A stretch of 26,675 bases of DNA from a virus (lineage: Duplodnaviria; Caudoviricetes): IMG/VR virus record IMGVR_UViG_3300002307_000196, positions 1 to 26,675 of that record; one strand, 5' to 3'. Below are positions 24,991 through 26,675 of this stretch, piece after piece. The notes under the pieces are model-generated. The model had not been told where the DNA came from. It was given only the letters and a program-made list of their open reading frames with translations, and did not search any database. A program made the position numbers and the translations under genes. Every line of letters starts with the position of its first letter. Within the stretch, counting starts at the first letter, position 1.

Positions 24991-25998
24991 TTAGCTGATC
25001 TGAGTTTCAGTCGGCAGGATTTGATCCACACGACGAAGCGGCACACCTTCGAAGGTCAGCCAGTTCGTCGCATTTCCAAACTGGTTCAAACCAGGCTGGA
25101 CGGCCAACGCATAGTTGGATTTGTTCAAGGCTTGCAAGCGCAGGAACGAGTAGATCGTGCGGTTCATGTAGAACACAGGACGACCGGCACCCAGGTTGGG
25201 AATACGGTCCAACGCACGGGACATCAGCGAGATCAAGTCGGCAGGCGAGCTATTGCTCACCAGGTTGGTCACAGAGATGTTCGCAATGCGCACGATGTAG
25301 CGCCAGTCCTTCACAACCAGGCCATTCTTCCACTGGTAGTGGGTTTGGAAGGCTTGGTAAGGATTGCCGGAGCCGTCATAGACGGTCAGCTGGCCGGTGT
25401 CTTCGTGAATCAGGCCAGCCTTCGATCCCTTGGGGAACGGGCAGAACACAGTGTTTTCACCCCACACGACCAGCCAGATCGAGGTGTTGGTGGCGCCAGC
25501 GGTGCCGGTTGCATTCAGAATGTTCTGTGCGTTATTGGCGCCGGAGATGGCACCGTAGCGAGTGGCCAGGCCCAGGTACTGACGGGGGTCAGTGGAAGGG
25601 TTACCGTAGAACAGGGTCTGCGCTTGGGCCTGGTTCATTGCTTCCAGGAAGGCCACGTCTTCAGACAGACGGAACTGGCTGGTGTTGCCGTTCAGTTCGG
25701 CCAGGTCTTTGTCAACCCGGCTGTAGGCTTCGAGCATGCCGCAGGATTCATCGACCTGTGCAGTGGTGGACTTGCTGGACGGAACGCCTTGATTCAGCGA
25801 ACGCCAGTAAACAGCGGGCAGGCCGGTGCGAATAGTGACGCGGTGACCGGTCGGCAAGTTGCCTTCTTGGAAAACTGCGTCTTCGAGGATTTCATTGGAC
25901 TGCGAGAGCAGTTCGGCGACGACAGGGACCTTGCCATCGGGGTCAAGACGCTTAGCCCAGTCAGCCAGGGTAAGCGCGCCAGTAGAGAGAACAGCCAT
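24991..25998 (-). CDS. Major capsid protein (BPP-1/epsilon15-like)
   Basis: LTLADWAKRLDPDG, EGNLPTGH, RTGLP, FRLSEDVAFLEAMNQ, DWRYIVRIANI and FEGVPLRRVD. AAAGGA RBS. Confidence 0.93.
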   Translation of the reverse strand: MAVLSTGALTLADWAKRLDPDGKVPVVAELLSQSNEILEDAVFQEGNLPTGHRVTIRTGLPAVYWRSLNQGVPSSKSTTAQVDESCGMLEAYSRVDKDLAELNGNTSQFRLSEDVAFLEAMNQAQAQTLFYGNPSTDPRQYLGLATRYGAISGANNAQNILNATGTAGATNTSIWLVVWGENTVFCPFPKGSKAGLIHEDTGQLTVYDGSGNPYQAFQTHYQWKNGLVVKDWRYIVRIANISVTNLVSNSSPADLISLMSRALDRIPNLGAGRPVFYMNRTIYSFLRLQALNKSNYALAVQPGLNQFGNATNWLTFEGVPLRRVDQILPTETQIS

Positions 25999-26015
25999 TT
26001 CGATTTTCCTTTCAG

Positions 26016-26075
26016 CGCATCACTGCGTTAAAAAAGTGGGTGCCCGAGGTCTCGCGACGGTGAGGCAAAAAAGTG
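26016..26075 (-). promoter_or_regulatory. Capsid leader with two CACTTTTTT + GNRA-hairpin units
   Basis: CACTTTTTT at 26067-26075 and 26030-26038, followed respectively by GTC-GCGA-GAC and CGCA-GTGA-TGCG. Confidence 0.5.
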
Positions 26076-26078
26076 AAC

Positions 26079-26675
26079 CTATTTCATTGACGGATACAGC
26101 TTCGAACCTGCGTTCGTAGCTGGCGAAGCACCTTGGCCGGATGGCACAAAACTGCCCGAAGTAATTTGCTTGCCTGCCCGATAGAAGGCGCGAATGATCT
26201 CAGGATGGTTGCCCAGTCCCGATTCGTTCAACAGCTTCGTGAGTTCTGGCGAACCAAAGGACTCCAGGGCCTTCTTTGCGATGGCCATGTTTTCCTGCAG
26301 CTTTTCGCCGCCAAACTCTTTGTCGGTCTTCGATGCCTCTTCCCACCCGGTGCGTGCGGCGTCCAGTTGTGCTTGCTGCGCTTTGGAAACCTCGGGGGCA
26401 ATTTGGTCGATGAACTTGGCAGCTTGGTCTTGCGTCAAATTCAGCTCACGGGCCAGGCCCTCGAACTTGGTCAGGACGGTGGGATCAACCTTGCCATCAG
26501 CAGACTTGAAGTCATACTTTTCGGGCGCCTTGGGCACGGGGGCTGCGGGCGTCTCAGGTGTGGTCGGAGCGGCAGCAGGGACAACGGCTGCAGCGGGCGC
26601 TGCTGGGGTTGCTTCGGCTGGCGCTGCGGAAGGTGCTGGAGTAGCGGGGGCTGCGGGCGCGGCGGCGCTTTCGGT
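26079..26675 (-). CDS. Capsid scaffolding protein, 5'-truncated
   Basis: Frame open to the window end with a Pro/Ala-rich N-terminus. APEKYDF, DKEFGG, GLGNHPEIIRAFYRAGK and KLYPSM. Directly upstream of the capsid gene. Confidence 0.85.
   Translation of the reverse strand, partial: TESAAAPAAPATPAPSAAPAEATPAAPAAAVVPAAAPTTPETPAAPVPKAPEKYDFKSADGKVDPTVLTKFEGLARELNLTQDQAAKFIDQIAPEVSKAQQAQLDAARTGWEEASKTDKEFGGEKLQENMAIAKKALESFGSPELTKLLNESGLGNHPEIIRAFYRAGKQITSGSFVPSGQGASPATNAGSKLYPSMK

Larger units (their letters stand above)
1..26675. mobile_element. Temperate podovirus-like phage genome segment (BPP-1/epsilon15/APSE-like organisation), unintegrated attP form
   Basis: Continuous phage gene content: PolA, VRR-NUC, helicase and integrase on +; capsid, tail tubular, ejection, fibre and lysis genes on -. 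No host genes. Phage genes flank both sides of the tRNA-derived att core. Confidence 0.93.

Noticed and set aside
24976-25010. T7 10A/10B-style frameshift extending the capsid into the 62-aa ORF
   Set aside because: The -1 frame is open for only 10 codons upstream of that ATG and contains no slippery heptamer.

Overview
The whole window is part of a temperate, podovirus-type tailed phage with a BPP-1/epsilon15/APSE-like layout, arranged as two convergent arms. The + strand arm (1-7237) carries a repeat protein, a family A DNA polymerase, a VRR-NUC nuclease, an SNF2-like helicase, several small ORFs, an excisionase-like gene and a tyrosine integrase. The - strand arm (7639-26675) carries the scaffold, major capsid, cement protein, tail tubular A and B, three internal (ejection) proteins including a 2158-aa polyvalent protein, a tail fibre and lysis genes. 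The arms meet at an intact attP (3' 48 nt of a tRNA-Asp, arm-type repeats, an IHF consensus and a terminator), so this looks like the excised/free form. The most unusual feature is the DNA polymerase gene, which is cleanly split between motif 2 and motif A by a complete, divergent C5-methyltransferase-like gene joined on both sides by 4-nt start/stop overlaps. That inserted gene holds an (AG)7 tract, and loss of one unit would fuse it in frame to the polymerase C-terminal half. All protein calls come from motif recognition by eye; no database searches were run.
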